A stretch of DNA of 64,000 bases from Diadema antillarum. Its lineage: Eukaryota. The notes beneath the pieces were generated by a model. It was not told the DNA's origin. It did not search any database and saw nothing but the letters and a program-made list of their open reading frames with translations. A program made the translations under genes and the position numbers. This document shows positions 47,339 through 61,600 of the stretch, piece after piece; within the stretch, counting starts at the first letter, position 1; every line of letters begins with the position of its first letter. Location: positions 434,001 through 498,000 of the forward strand of contig NW_027271267.1 in NCBI RefSeq assembly GCF_040938485.1. The letters are read 5' to 3'.

Positions 47339-50324
47339 TGCAAAGAAAAAATATCTTTGTTACAGTACTGGCAAAGTATTGAAATTACATTAAAGAGGAC
47401 GGATATGTACAAATTTCTTACATGATCAAACGCATCAGAACATTAACAAGAAATAACACAAACTTCATAACATTGTAATAAAAAATGCTGCATCTGTTTA
47501 AACAAAACAAAAAAGTAAAGGAAACAATAGGTACAAATATCATGCTGCATATCCAAAGGGTGGATTTGCCACTTAAATTACTAATGTACATAGCAAATGA
47601 TAATGTGTATCACATTTAAAGCCTTGATGCATAGCATAGCTCGTGCATATATTTACATTCTTGTCCATTAACACCCTGTCAAACATACAGAAAGCATGGT
47701 TTTTAAAAACATACTCATGTTGAAGAATTACAATGATAGAGTGGCCTTAGAAGTAAGATGATTTCAAGTACTTATGCAGCAATTATTTTTGGTGAGGCAA
47801 ATACAATGACAAGGTAAAACTAAAATGAACCAAATGGGATATTTACACACGCTGGAAAAGGAGAATTGGGATTTTATTGTAGTAGTAAATGTATATCTAT
47901 TAAAAAAAAAAGTCAATCTGCATATTACTGGCTTGTGCACTGATACATATATTTTAGAGCATTGGCATACTGTGATTATCCACAGCCTGACACTTGACCA
48001 TAAGTCATATTTTTATGTCCTTACTCAAGAAAACATAAGGAAAAAAAAATGATCCACATCCAACTCAACGTGACAGAACATGCCACCTACCAATATATAT
48101 TCATTTTAGTGGAATCTAGCCCCACTGGTAGCATACCCATGTAACAGCCAATTATTGTTTGGCAGGACTGTCTTACACAACAGCCATTCTTTGCCTTTAT
48201 CACACAATTTCCTTTATAGCGGTCAGTCTACAAGTGACGACTCAAAGGTAACCTTTTATTTTTCTTCTGTGGCCAGCTTCATTCTGACCCACAGGGAAAC
48301 GAGAAGTGATTTTCTTCAGATTTTTACACATTCTGTGGTCTAGTGATGCAGAAAGTGCTGTATTTGGTAAAAATGGCATGGAGTGTGTTGTACTGCCATG
48401 CAGCATCATGGGAATGTGCAATTGTAAGAGTAATGATTCTTTAAACAAAAACCTGTGGTGTGGAGGCAACAAAACGAAAAATTTCCAGTGCGTCTTCAAA
48501 GTAATAAACTCGACATTGTGCGATGAAAATGACTTAAACTCGGCCAGTGCACGGGTGACTGCAGAGAAATACAACTGATGATGTATGTCACAACATATCA
48601 ATGATTAATGAAAATACTATCCTAGGACAAATAAAAGGAGTTGGAGTATATTACAAATGTGGGAAGAATGAACACAGTGGGACTGCTGGTTTTCACAGTC
48701 TCATACCTCGTGTAACAAAACTTCAAGAACATTCACATTTGTACATGTACCATCAATTACAAACTGCATGCATTTAATAGTTGATTTAGAAGCCAACACG
48801 AATCTGCAGTTTTATCAGTTCATGTCATCGATTTCTCCTTTTCATTTTAGGAGAGAGTTGGAAGCCCTCGACAACGGTCCATAGATAATTTAACACAAAG
48901 CAAAAAAAAAAAAAGTTATTGAACAGTATATTCTAATGCACACTTTGTGGGTATTACTACTCATACAGACATAACTTCCTGGAATTCTACTGTAGCTGTA
49001 TCTACTCTACACGTTCTCTATGAATTGATTTTAGATTTAAGAAAAAAAAATACATGTATGTATATATACATATGGCTCAAGAGAACACATGCAGGAAAAT
49101 ATCTTCTAGAGTCTACACTAAATTCTGAATTACTATACAGATGAGCATTCATTTCATCAACTACTAAAAATTACATAGAATCTAAAGTTTTCACATTCAT
49201 GCTTCTTTTTATCAGCATACTCCTTTCTTTGCTGGCTTTCTGTATTGCCTTCAAAATCAGAATTACCTGTTATTTGTATCCATTCCCAATTACAGTATTT
49301 ATCAGACCATGTATCTAATTGCGTTACATGTTAGAACAATTATCAATAAACAATTTCAACTGATAATGCCTTTAGGGAAAATTATGTTTACGAAGGTAAG
49401 TTTCAAAATAAGTATTCATGTACCAGAGTAATTGATGTACATGCCATACATCATTCCATTCACCGTCTTAATGAAGCAGGTTTAGCTGCATCTTGCCTGT
49501 TTTGCAGTGAGCAGATTGTTGCATGTACAGCTAAAGGAAAAATATACAGGTGAGGCAAAGAAGAGTCTGTTTCTCAAAAACTACTATACAGTGTGATCTA
49601 AAAGTTTGGAATAAAGTATTCTGGCCCTAATCGGAAACCAATACTGCAATGTTGCATTAATCCAGACAGGGCTACATAACTTAGCATGCTTTATATACAT
49701 CTCTTATCGTTTCTACCATCTGAGTATGCATATGAAAATACTTTGCGAAAACCACCTTGATACAACAAAATCTTTCCTCTGGCAAGGAGGCACGTTCCGA
49801 GCCCTTCATTCTGACACATAGAGAGTTGTTTTGATTTATATACTAGTAGTGCACATATCATACATTATGCAGCGCATATAGCAATATTTACTTGTGGGAG
49901 TCGGGGAACTGAATAACACAGGGCATGACTATGTCTCTGGTCTCATACTTTGATGGTAGCAAAGAATGAGCAATGATTTCAGAGTAGTAAATCTTGTAAT
50001 GTCAGCATTACAGCTGACTATCGCACCGGCTCAAAATGTAGATGACAATAGCACCATATTAATGACATAAAACATCAAGACAAAACTTACAATCAACCCT
50101 TGGTCTTAACTGTAAAACAACAAAGTTCAGCTATTCGTCAATCATGTTCCAAAATCAGAAGACTTTTTTGATCATTATTCTTTACAAAAACAAAAATAAA
50201 AATCCAAATGCATATGAAAGAAATAATACTGCATTTGAGATTTTGTGTAATGCTGACAAGAGAGGGCGAAGAAATAATTTAAACAAAAATATCGGCAAAT
50301 CTTTTTTTGTCACGGAACCTTGTG

Positions 50325-52627
50325 TCATCCACATCCGCACGGATCGCCGCACTGCTTCCTGTTCTGCCACCTCGTGCGCAAGTCCTCGGCGGAGAGTTCC
50401 GCCGAGACGTACATCGACGCGGAGCAGGCATTGTCGCAGTGCCACCGTGGGTCGTCGTGGTAACTCGGCTGGACGGCTGCCAGCCAGATGCCAAGGGAGA
50501 CGTCCTCACCCTGAAACCTGTGCAGGTGTCTAGGAGAGAAGGGGACATTGAAACTAATCTAAATGTTTGACCAACACCTGAATACTGTGCACATAAAAAA
50601 AAATAATAATAATAAATGAAGAATGATAATAAAATGATAATAAATAAATAAAATGAAAACATATTTTCTCTTCAATTTTGGAAAGATATTGCTATCTGGC
50701 CTGTCTACAGTGGGCAGTGCATCAAGCGTACCCTTCTTTACACAGAATAGAGATGGAGGGCTCAGAGTCTGAAAGATATTCATCTTACCAACAGCCCTTT
50801 CACAAAACAACAACAACTTGGCAAGAATAGCTAGTCTCCATGGCAATGTGGACTGGCAAAATCACTGCAAAGGATCAAAGGTCATATCTCCCTCCTAATG
50901 AATCATAGGATATCAAAGCAATCAAACGTTTCAGTCTCGGTAATGACCCCCCCGACCCCCGACCCGCAGCCAATGTGTCCAGACACAATTGTGTAGACCG
51001 ATATCAACATAAGACTGACTGAAAATATCACATCTCTCACATTCTGTCATGGAGAATTTCTAATTGTCCATTCAGAGTGGTAATAATATTACACAAATTC
51101 ATATTGAGTCATTAGTCTGAGTAAAACCATTCCAAGGCATATTACGAAGGAGGAGAAGGGGGAAAAAATACACCAATGCTACAGGCAATTGAAATGTTGT
51201 TTCGGCTATGTACTGTATGCTTTTGTGAAAAGGAATGTTTTTAGGGTAGCTGTGAAAGAACCAAATGTTTCCAAAGAATGGATATGGCTGGTACAAATGC
51301 AACTGGGAAAAAATGAAAGCATACCTGGAGTTGCTGGCAATCCACCTGACTAGGTCCATGCTCATCAGACTGCCCGACCCACAGGCAAAGGAGGGGTACA
51401 CTGGGGATTGGTAGTCGTGCTCCGCCCACTTCCCATGGTGCTCCACAGTCCAGCCAGTGCGGAACTGACCCCACCACAGTTTGGGTTCAGGGAACTTGTT
51501 CATGGTGAAATGCTAGGATTAAAATATCATCATTTTAAATGGGTGGGATTATTTTCTACTCTTTTCACCGGTACAAGTTTGTCATAAATTGGTTAAATTG
51601 ATTCATGAAATGCAAACTTCCCACGTTCCTGAATACAAAGTAAACACTCAAAACTTGCCCCGTCATATGATATCAACTTTCAATCAATTTTGCCCAAATC
51701 TTGTCAAGTGTATTGTTTTCCTGTACTATGTACTGACAGTGATGCAAGACAACATACGACTCATTTGTTGGGTAAGAAGTTACATTTTAAATTTTGACCC
51801 TTAACCCTTGAGGACGAGTCCCGAGTATACTCAAGCAGGTGTCTATTGGAAATGTGTGTTGTAGCAAAATCAGCCCGTCCTCAACGGGTTAATGTTGACC
51901 TTTATCTGTTTTAGTACTTTTAGACTTCATATAGATATCTTCGAATTACCACAACCAATACCAGTATATGAAAAATGTCAGTAAAGGTTTTAAAGGACAT
52001 GAAAACATAAGATGGCATGAGACATCATCCAAACATGGAATATATCTTAATCATTAAAGAAAGAAATTGCTAAGGTGTGTATCTACATACCTGCATAATG
52101 TGATCAATGTTCATGAAGACATCGTCATCCGTCTTGATGGCATATTCTATATGGTTTAATTGCACCAGCCTGCATTTACGAAAAACCAAGACATAAGTGA
52201 CTGTGCATCACAAAACTACTAATAAAAAGTCACATGCCCTGATTTTTATTTTATTTTGTGTGTGTGTGTGAGGACTCAAGCAGGATAAGTGAAATGTGGA
52301 AACCTAGTCACTCTTAAGTTTTTCATATTTTCTAAAAGACCATTTCTTCTACATTTTTTAAAGTGTGGGATCATAAAACAAATAGGAAACTTTATTTTTC
52401 AGCAGTTTTTCTAAAACACTTTCTTTTTATACAATACTGTGATTAGGTATGTCTTAGAGTCCCCTTTTAATTTCTAAAAAAAAAAAAAAACAAAACAACC
52501 TTTACACACTTCAACTCTAAACTTTTGAGTTGGTGTTAGTCATGGATAAAATGGTTCGATAGAGGATGCACACATTCAGCTTCATGAGATAATCTCTTCA
52601 TTGTTCTTTAATAGTTTTATATCCCAT

Positions 52628-52663
<36 letters not shown>

Positions 52664-55600
52664 TTATTGCATAGAACATGGCTTGGGAAGATAAGCGCGT
52701 GAATAGACCCTATACTTCAGAGCCTCTTTTCCTCAGTAAACACTTTTCCAAAGTGTGTACTTTCTTTCCAATATTTAGATAGGTTAGGAGAGTCCATATG
52801 AATTGAGTTATACATCATTTTAAAGCTTAGAGTCTGCTCGTTAAGAATCTTCCCTTACCTAAAAATCCATATCTGGCGACTTTTTGTTGGTTTTGTGATG
52901 CAGGGTCAGAGTTAAAGATTAAAATTAACATTGATAAGCGCTGTGTAACAATCCACAGTAATCTATTAGGGGGCCTATGGAACTTGTTCATAGCTATAAA
53001 TTGACTTCATGGACCAACTCTTTCCAAAATCCACTTGGAAATATTAACATTGCTCCTACTGATAAATATCACAAATATATTATCAAGAAACGAGGTGGAA
53101 GTCTGGCTCTTAAAGAATATTCTATCTTTGTGTTGCCTCTGATTAGTTTGTTTTTGTAAATACAGAAAATACTTGCAAAGCCAAATGCATTAAAGTCTTT
53201 TAAAAAAAAAAAAAAAAACCTTGTTGCAAGAAAGTTGTAGAATAAAAGGAGTAGATATGACATGCCCACAGGTCAATGTGTTAGATAAAAAATTGACATT
53301 AAAATGGTCAAATGTTCTCAATATCTGTTATATTTTTTTTTAACTTAAATTTTCACTGTGCTACTGACTTTAAATTCCTGCCTTTATTTAGAATAATTTT
53401 CTCTTGAAGATAGAGAATCTGTTGACAATTGATCAAATAACAATAAAATGTGCTGTTTCAATATCACAATTATACATTCATTTCAGCATTCTGATAACAA
53501 AATCAATCCTTCTTGCCTCAGCATACAGATGAAGAACTTACCACTCGTAGAATTGCAGCATTTTGGAAGGGATGTTCCTGTATGTGTCTACGACATTCAG
53601 GAGAAGTAAGTCACCGTAGGTGGCGGCCTCTAACTCGAGGGCCTTTGTCTCATTAGCCACCTTCACTCGCCATTTTGATGACTGTTCATCACTGACATTC
53701 ATCCAGCCAGTTAACTTGGTGGGCTCTGTATTTGACAAAAGATATTACCGAACTCATTCTTTACCAAACATCTGATTCTGCTCATCCCTTGAAAGGCTAT
53801 ACAATATGACATTGTTATAAAATGCACATCTTCCATTCCTTCGTTTCCTAAAGTATTCATCTAATCATGTTTTGGAAGACCTATAATGTAATCTATGCAG
53901 TATCCTAGAGGCATTATTTACCATTTGCAGATGAAACAAAAATCCAGCTTTAGTGCTTCAAAATAGTTCTAAAATGTGAGTCAGGAAGAGAAACAACCAA
54001 TGTAAAAATTTTAATCTGTATAATCAATGTTAAGTATTGTTATATATACACAAAATGTTAACAATTTAGTTATAATAAAAATGTTTCTAGACTAAACCAT
54101 CTACAGTTATGGTTTAGTAAGAAAAATAGTGATATCTCCTTATATTTTAGACTTCATTGCAAAATGTTTACCTATGGAAGGATGTTTTGTGATACTACTG
54201 ACCTACACATATGCATCAAATGTGATATCTCAAACATTTTTTAAATCACTGCTCCCAATGGTAAACAGTACCTTTAATTTTATGAATAACATTTACATTG
54301 TTCTTCAAATCACTTGAAACATTTGTCAATAAAGTGACTAGTACATTGATCAGTTTGATAATATAATTCAAAATTCACAAATATTTTCCCCTTGAGGACC
54401 TAACAACAAGAAAGTCATTTTACTGGCTTCTGTGATATGTGTTTCCATCCAGTTTGCACCTGTTAATTGAGGGTATCGCCAATACGTAGGTGCCGTGCGC
54501 AGAGCAGCGTTTTAGATGCATCATGGGATAGCTCAAGAGACAAACTTGCCCTGGTTTTGGCTGCACATGCACTTACATCACGCTCTGTCTTTATCCAGAG
54601 GTATTTTTTGTTGAAGATTTCTTCGCTTTCGATCATGTGACCAGCACATTGAAGCCTTGCAGTAGTGAACCATGACTCTAGTGACCGCAAATCAGTAAAG
54701 CTTAGACACTTTCAACTCTTTTAAGCTGAATTAAAGCCAAGAAAAAAAGGGCTAACAACGGAAAAGCAGACAAAGAACTCCATTAAATCGTATGGGAACT
54801 GCCACTCGCGTGAGACAACCAGAAGTGAACAAGGGACCGAGGAATCCCACAGTGCATCTGTGACAGAACTCTTCAGCGTGCGCAGAAGTTTTCTGCGCAT
54901 TGGCGATACTGAGAATTACTTGGGATGGGCTTCAGGTATGCTTCCTGGTTGTCAGAAACGACCTTTGTTATAACGGTATGACTAAACTTAAATTACATTT
55001 CAATGACTATTCAATATATTACAGTTTTAGCCATAGATCAGTGCCCTCTAGCATTGACCTTGATGGATTTTGCAATAATCACATCTTGTATTTTCAAAAT
55101 AAGAGCATTATTGTCCCATCTTTTTTCACTTTTTTTTCTTTTTCACTTACCATGAATATTATAGATGAAGTTTCCTGAAACAAGAGCTGCCATGCCCCGG
55201 TCCAGTTTCTCAACCTTTTCGGGAAAGTCTGAGTTATCCTCACTGTACCTGCTATACTGGATGGCAGAAAGTACAACAAAATGTTACTTGAAACATTCAT
55301 TCATTTTTTATTGGTTTATTTTTTTTCAACAAAGGAACTGGTTTTTCTCTGTGAGAATCCTGAAGTGGGTAGGATGCTGATTGAAATGAAAAAAGAGATG
55401 AAAAAAAAGGTACAATGTGCATCTTTATTTATGATAAAGTCTCAAAGCATCCCTTTGAAATGTACATCCATGGCCTTATAGATATTTTAAAGGGATGGTA
55501 AAGTTTCGGTCGAGATGGGGCTACAGATTTCCAAAGGGTTTTTTATGATTATTATTTGAGACAATGAGAAACCTCTCCTGAAATATAATATAGGATACAA

Positions 55601-58600
55601 TTCTAAGAGGAATTTTTTAAAGTTTATTTGATGAAAATTGGCTTTGAAATGGGTAAGATATCCTAAACAGAGCAATCCTAATAAAAGGTGGGACCCACCT
55701 TTTATTAGGATCGCTTTGTTTTACTTTGTTTTTGAATATCTCAGCCATTTCAAAACCAATTTTCATCAATTGAACTTTTAATTCCTCTTAGAATTGTATG
55801 CTCTTTAACATTTCATAAAGTGGTTTCTAAGTACCTTGAAAAAAGTTAAAGGCTGAATCCTTACCTCAACCAATACTATACCATCCATTTAGGAAAAACA
55901 TTAGTGTGAGGAAGCATAACAATCCAGTGTTTTCATTGCACAACTTAATTGTTAATAGAAAAGATTTGGAAATGTACTAAATGCCAGTGATTCAGCATCT
56001 GATACTCTCAAACGTTTTTTGAACAGATTTATTTAATTCATCTATCTTGTAAACAAAAATGGCTTTTTCATAACATCAACAACCAAAAAAAACCTTAAAT
56101 CAGCTCCATTTCAAGAAAAACTAGACGTCGCCTTGCTGAAATACCTGTTGAATGTCGATAACTCCACCACCATTGTTTGTTGCGCCCTCGTCTAGGTATA
56201 GGGTAGTGGATGGGTCATCTTTATTGAAGCTGTTGACCACTATTGTTCCCTCAAAGCCCTATAGACAAGATGAAAAATTAAAACAAAAATATATATTTAG
56301 CCATAGCTCAGTTGACCTTTGACCTCTGAAGCTGAGAGATTCTGTCCCCCAAATCTAAATCAGCCCATCTACACCTGATGTAGCACATCCAGGCCAGACA
56401 CCGAGACAATCTATGGGACGGTTTTTGTTTACGTCACAAATATGACATCTGGGATGGACAAACTGAAGGACAGACCTTGCAAAAACACAAGCATCCTTTG
56501 GGGAAGAGCATTTAAAGAACGTAAATAATGACTCGCCTGATGTATAAGGTTGAAAGCATCTCCTTTTCATATCTAACTAACTTCCCATCACTCAGCTATA
56601 CCTCATGTATGTTTAACAAATTTCTGCATTCCAATTCTCCTCTCTTTGCTCTGAATTTAGAGAAAGTTTTGCTACATAATGAGAGAATGATGGCGTGCAT
56701 ATATATATCTATTGCAATTGGTCACTAAAGCAATTAAGAACAAGAGAATTTTTACCATTGTGTGCATTCAACTGGGATGGAATTAAAAATCAAAACAATA
56801 ACAAAACACAACAAAACACACAAACAAAAACAAAGGCAGCTTCTTACTTTTGGAAGGAGGTATGGCTCTACTGCTCTAAATCTGTATCCCTCAATGAAGA
56901 CACCTGGCTGCTCAGGACTGAAGCGTGCCCCAACAACTTTCTCCTACAAAGGAAATATCAACAATCAAACATCCAGAAATGACACACGATACTCAAGGCA
57001 ATTCAATTCAGTTCACAATGAAATGCCAAATACAAATACAACTTGATGGTGACAACAATAATACTTCTTGGACAAAGAGTACCACTAATGTTGATGGTAA
57101 TACTAATATTAACATATTACTAATATTACATAGTGCTCATTACAAAAGTAATGCAATTACCATATTGGACATCCATCACAAAATTACAGAAATTCAAAAT
57201 GAAACAAAGAAAACTAGTATCGCAACTGTTTGACAAACTGCCCTACATCGAAGTAAATAAGCACTAAATTAATCAGCATTATAGTAGTAGCCCCTCCAGC
57301 CCCCCCCCCTTCCCAAAAAAGAACAACAACACAACAATCTTACAGGCAAAATTAAACATGCGCAATTTTCATACTTTCTTGAGTGAGAGCAAAAAGGGCA
57401 CCTCTCCATAGTACACTTTGTACAGTTCCTATGACTAAATTTCAGGTGAACTCTTGCAGGCCCCTTCATAATTAGAAGAGGTCGTATAAAACCCTGGGGG
57501 TCATATTGCAATCTTGTTTGTATTGGCATGTTGACTGACATAGCATCTCTAATATCTAGAATGAACATAATCAAATGATTTCCTTGAGTCTCTGAGTTAG
57601 AATTACCCAAAACAGGAAAAGACCTGTGTCAATATTTTGCCAACCAAGAACAGGAAAAGCCTCTTCACAGAACATTGCATGACAGTTAAGGTTATTGCAT
57701 ATCTCCGTCAGTACAGCTGAATATTGATTGCCAGGAAATATCCCCTCTTGCATACACTCTGAAAAGGATGTGTCACATAACCAGGCTCAAATACTCTACT
57801 TCTCTACTCCAACAGTAAATCACTACACAGTTCAAAGCATATCATTTTTTTTTTAATTCTTTTTTTCTCTGTCACTCTAATTCTTGCTCAAGACATATTC
57901 ACTAACAATTTGTCATCATCTATGAATTCCCACAACTGTTCAAATACAACCATGTAAAAGAAGAGTCAAATTAGATGTGAACACCCTATGAAAAAACAAC
58001 AACAACTAGGAGAGACAGTGATTAACAATGACTTTAAATAAATAACTAATGAATTCCAGTAAGTGTTCAAGTACACACTGTGTAAAAGGAGTATCAGGTA
58101 GTCAAAGTGGAAGTGGACAAACTTCATGAAAAAAAAATATGAGAGACAATAATTAACAATGTATTGCAGTAACAAATGGATTGCAATAAATAACAAATTA
58201 ATTCCAGTAAGTGTTCAAATACAGACTGTGTAGAAGATGTGGTAAAATTAGATGTGGACACTCCCACAAAAAAAAAAAAAAAAATGACAGACAAAAAAAA
58301 AAATAAAACAAATGTAAAAACCACACACATCAAGCCTCTGACCTGCCTCCAAGTGTCAAAAAGGGCCACGGTGAGTGGATGCTTGATGCCGTCTGCTGCC
58401 GAATCGAACACACCCAGCTTGTGAAGGATGATGGGATAGTGCACCTGGTTGCCATGGGTTACAAATTGAAAGACAGTATTAAAGGGGTGGTAGGTGGGGA
58501 GATGTTTTTCATAACAGTAAACCAGCTGCAGAATTCATCCACATGGCCTACCTTTTTCAACAGAAGGTAATCTTATTGTGATGAAACATATTTGGTATCC

Positions 58601-61600
58601 CGAAGTAAGGTTCTGTTTGAAATGTTGATATTGCAGTGAAATAATCTGTATGGATTCATTGCTTCATAATCAATGAATTCATATTTGAGTTTCAACAGAT
58701 GCTGTAAAAAAAAAATGATATCATGGCAATACCAGCAGTATTTCTTGACACGTAACAGATATAATAGCAGCATATTAATGAACCACGCATATTGAGATGT
58801 ATGAGTTTATTTTCGACAACAAAAGGAAAGAACAAATATACTTCTCTCCAGATGTCTGAGCAATTTGTGAACTTTTACTTAAAGAAAAAAAGAAATGCAT
58901 GATTAAGTTAAAATCATCACTTTCATCCATTTTTACAGCAGTTTCTTAAACATTTTTTTTTCATTTTCCAACTGCCCTTTAAGGATGCAAAGAACCTACT
59001 GCAATGCATGATGTCTTGTTTTCTCAGAGGCTGAAATATTGATTGAATACTATTGATAATAGTTTCTAAAGACAGCACGAATACACTTCTGGATTAACAA
59101 ATACTCATTCAATGCAGTCCACTCATACATATCATACAAGTTAATTGGTCCATGGGGAGGCTACCTTGAAGTCGAAGCCTATTGGTCCAGAACTCAGTCT
59201 GTGTATTCCTGTGTCATTCATGACTGTCATGGCAACAATGTCCTTTTGTCTTCCTGGAGTGAAAATGTATAATAAGCACAGAAACAAAGATGTCACCATG
59301 ATGAATACATTTACTGCTTTCCTCTACGCCAAAAATTCAAATGACTACTTGTAATGGAGCACAGGGCAGTCATATAAAATGGTCCATGGCAAGAGCAATT
59401 TTTAAATGAAGCATTTGCCCGAGAATATAAAATATAGGCAATATTTGCAATATGCATGCTGAAATTGAGAGTATGACATTCTTGCAGATCAGAACAATGC
59501 AGGATATTTCTATTCAGCCAATAAAAACGTTACACACATTTCTTTTCTTTCTTCTTTTTGAACACTTATGTTTTCAAACGCAAGGTACCATTATAACATT
59601 TCTAACAGCAAATAATTGCTCAATAATTGGACTGCGTTCATGCATATCAAATGTCCTTTTCAGTAATCATTAAAAGGGGCTGAAGTAAAAAATTTATAAT
59701 TTCAGCCATTTGGCCACACAATCGTGGAATAAACTGTGTTCCTAGTGTCACTATATATCACTCAAAATGAAACTACTACTCCTCCTCCTCATCACATGTT
59801 ACAATGAGAGGTCACAGAAGTGTCAATGGTGATGAAAAGTTCACTGGAGTTTCACTTCATCCTAGTCAATTTTGTCTGTGATGTCAGACAGTTCAATTAC
59901 AACACATTCACATCAGGAATTGTAATATTTGTGTTCGTGTTTCTCTGTGATAAGTTCTGCTTCAACAACATAAAAGATAGCCTCATGTTATTTTGTTCGA
60001 AGAGATAAAGTTAACAAATAACAACTGGAGCAATTACTTCATTTCATAATATGACCTCAAGCATGTCTTTTTCCAGGGGATCAACAACTTTTGATAGATA
60101 AATATACATATTATATCTCTGATGGGGACATATAGGGAACAAACTTCTTTGCTTCTGGTTCTCTTTACTGCTTAACCCTTCATCTTTCCTTGCTTATGAA
60201 CACCTTTAGAAATATTTCCCATAAAATCAGTGCTTCATTAACTGTTGACAGTCCAACTAGAAATGACACTTGCATTATTATCAGTTACAGATACTAACAT
60301 TTTACTGACCAAAGACTAACACTATGGGTAACATGATCACTTAATTGTCAAACCCACAAATTTTCCCTTTTAATTGATGTCAAAGCTGTTCATTTCTCCA
60401 ACACAGCCACTAATAACACAGCACCTATCATATGAACATTGGTAATCCTTATTTTTTACAAGACAGTTCTCATTCATGATTATGTGATATATTCATCAAA
60501 GTTGTAAAGGAAGAAAGACCAACAGTTTTTAACCCATCTTAATTTTGTGTACATTTGGGCTTGGATATACCCAGAATGTCTTTTAGGGGGAAAAAAATAG
60601 GCAATAGTTTCAGGACCAAAACAAACGTATATGGCAACAACAACAAAAAATAATAATAGTAATAAATGAACACATTTTTTTTTTTAAGTATTTGTTGAGA
60701 ATCCCCAGGGCTTCAATTAGTGGACTTTATACAGCATTAATGCCTCTATCATTCTTACATAATTTTGCTTGATATTGGTGCATTTCACTCACCCGATTTT
60801 GTGATGTTGAGAGGGCTGCAGGAATACGGGTCTCGCCGGTAGTCAAGGGGAAGATGACATGAGCGGTTGCCCACCACAAACTTGCTGCATATCCTGCAGT
60901 AATGAAAACAATCAAATAAAACAAAACCCTCACTAAAAGACTTCAGTTGGCCTTCAACAAGTTAAGAAAGCCTGAAAATGTGGAATACAAATGTTACTCT
61001 AACAGTGATTTCCTAAGAACACATTGCAAATACACTGTATCAAACACACAAACAGATTATGAAAAGAAATACTCAATCATTTCAATCTTTATTTCATACA
61101 AGAACATAAACAATTTTTTTCAAGCACAACTTCTAAATCAAAATTTGGGATTGATCATAATCGTTTTTACTGGAAATTGAAATAAATGTCAAATAGGATC
61201 TGTTAAAACACAGAATCTGAACAAATGCACACAATAACTTGACTTTCTCACATAGTACATAGAACAACATACTTACGTCCATTCTTCAACGGGAAGATTT
61301 CTAGATGAACAAGTTTGTTTTTGTTTGTATTTCACTGGTTCATGCCTCTACAGTTTGATTATCTAATACCTGGGACTCCCAGAATGCAGCACTTGGTGAA
61401 GTATGCTCACTCCAGCTTAACTTTTTTTTTTTTTTTTTAAATATAGTTTGTGCTACAGCAGTTTTTCTGCATCACTTTCAGTTCATAGTGCACTGTACGC
61501 TGTGACTTGGAGACTAACGCTGCTCTTTCACAATCTGGAACAATTTACAAACTTTATTTAAAAACCATTGTAGTAATAAAAAATTAAGTAATTGGCCTTC

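Noticed and set aside
52629-52660. Long poly-C run (also poly-G at about 15712 and poly-C at about 16108) as G-quadruplex elements
   Set aside because: These are simple homopolymers whose length is unreliable in assemblies, with no further structure.
55151-55248. B3GALNT2 acceptor at 55248/55249
   Set aside because: It gives phase 2 while the upstream exon ends in phase 0; the acceptor at 55256/55257 fits.
57269-57610. Possible extra B3GALNT2 exon
   Set aside because: The flanking exons already join in phase and match the expected protein without it.
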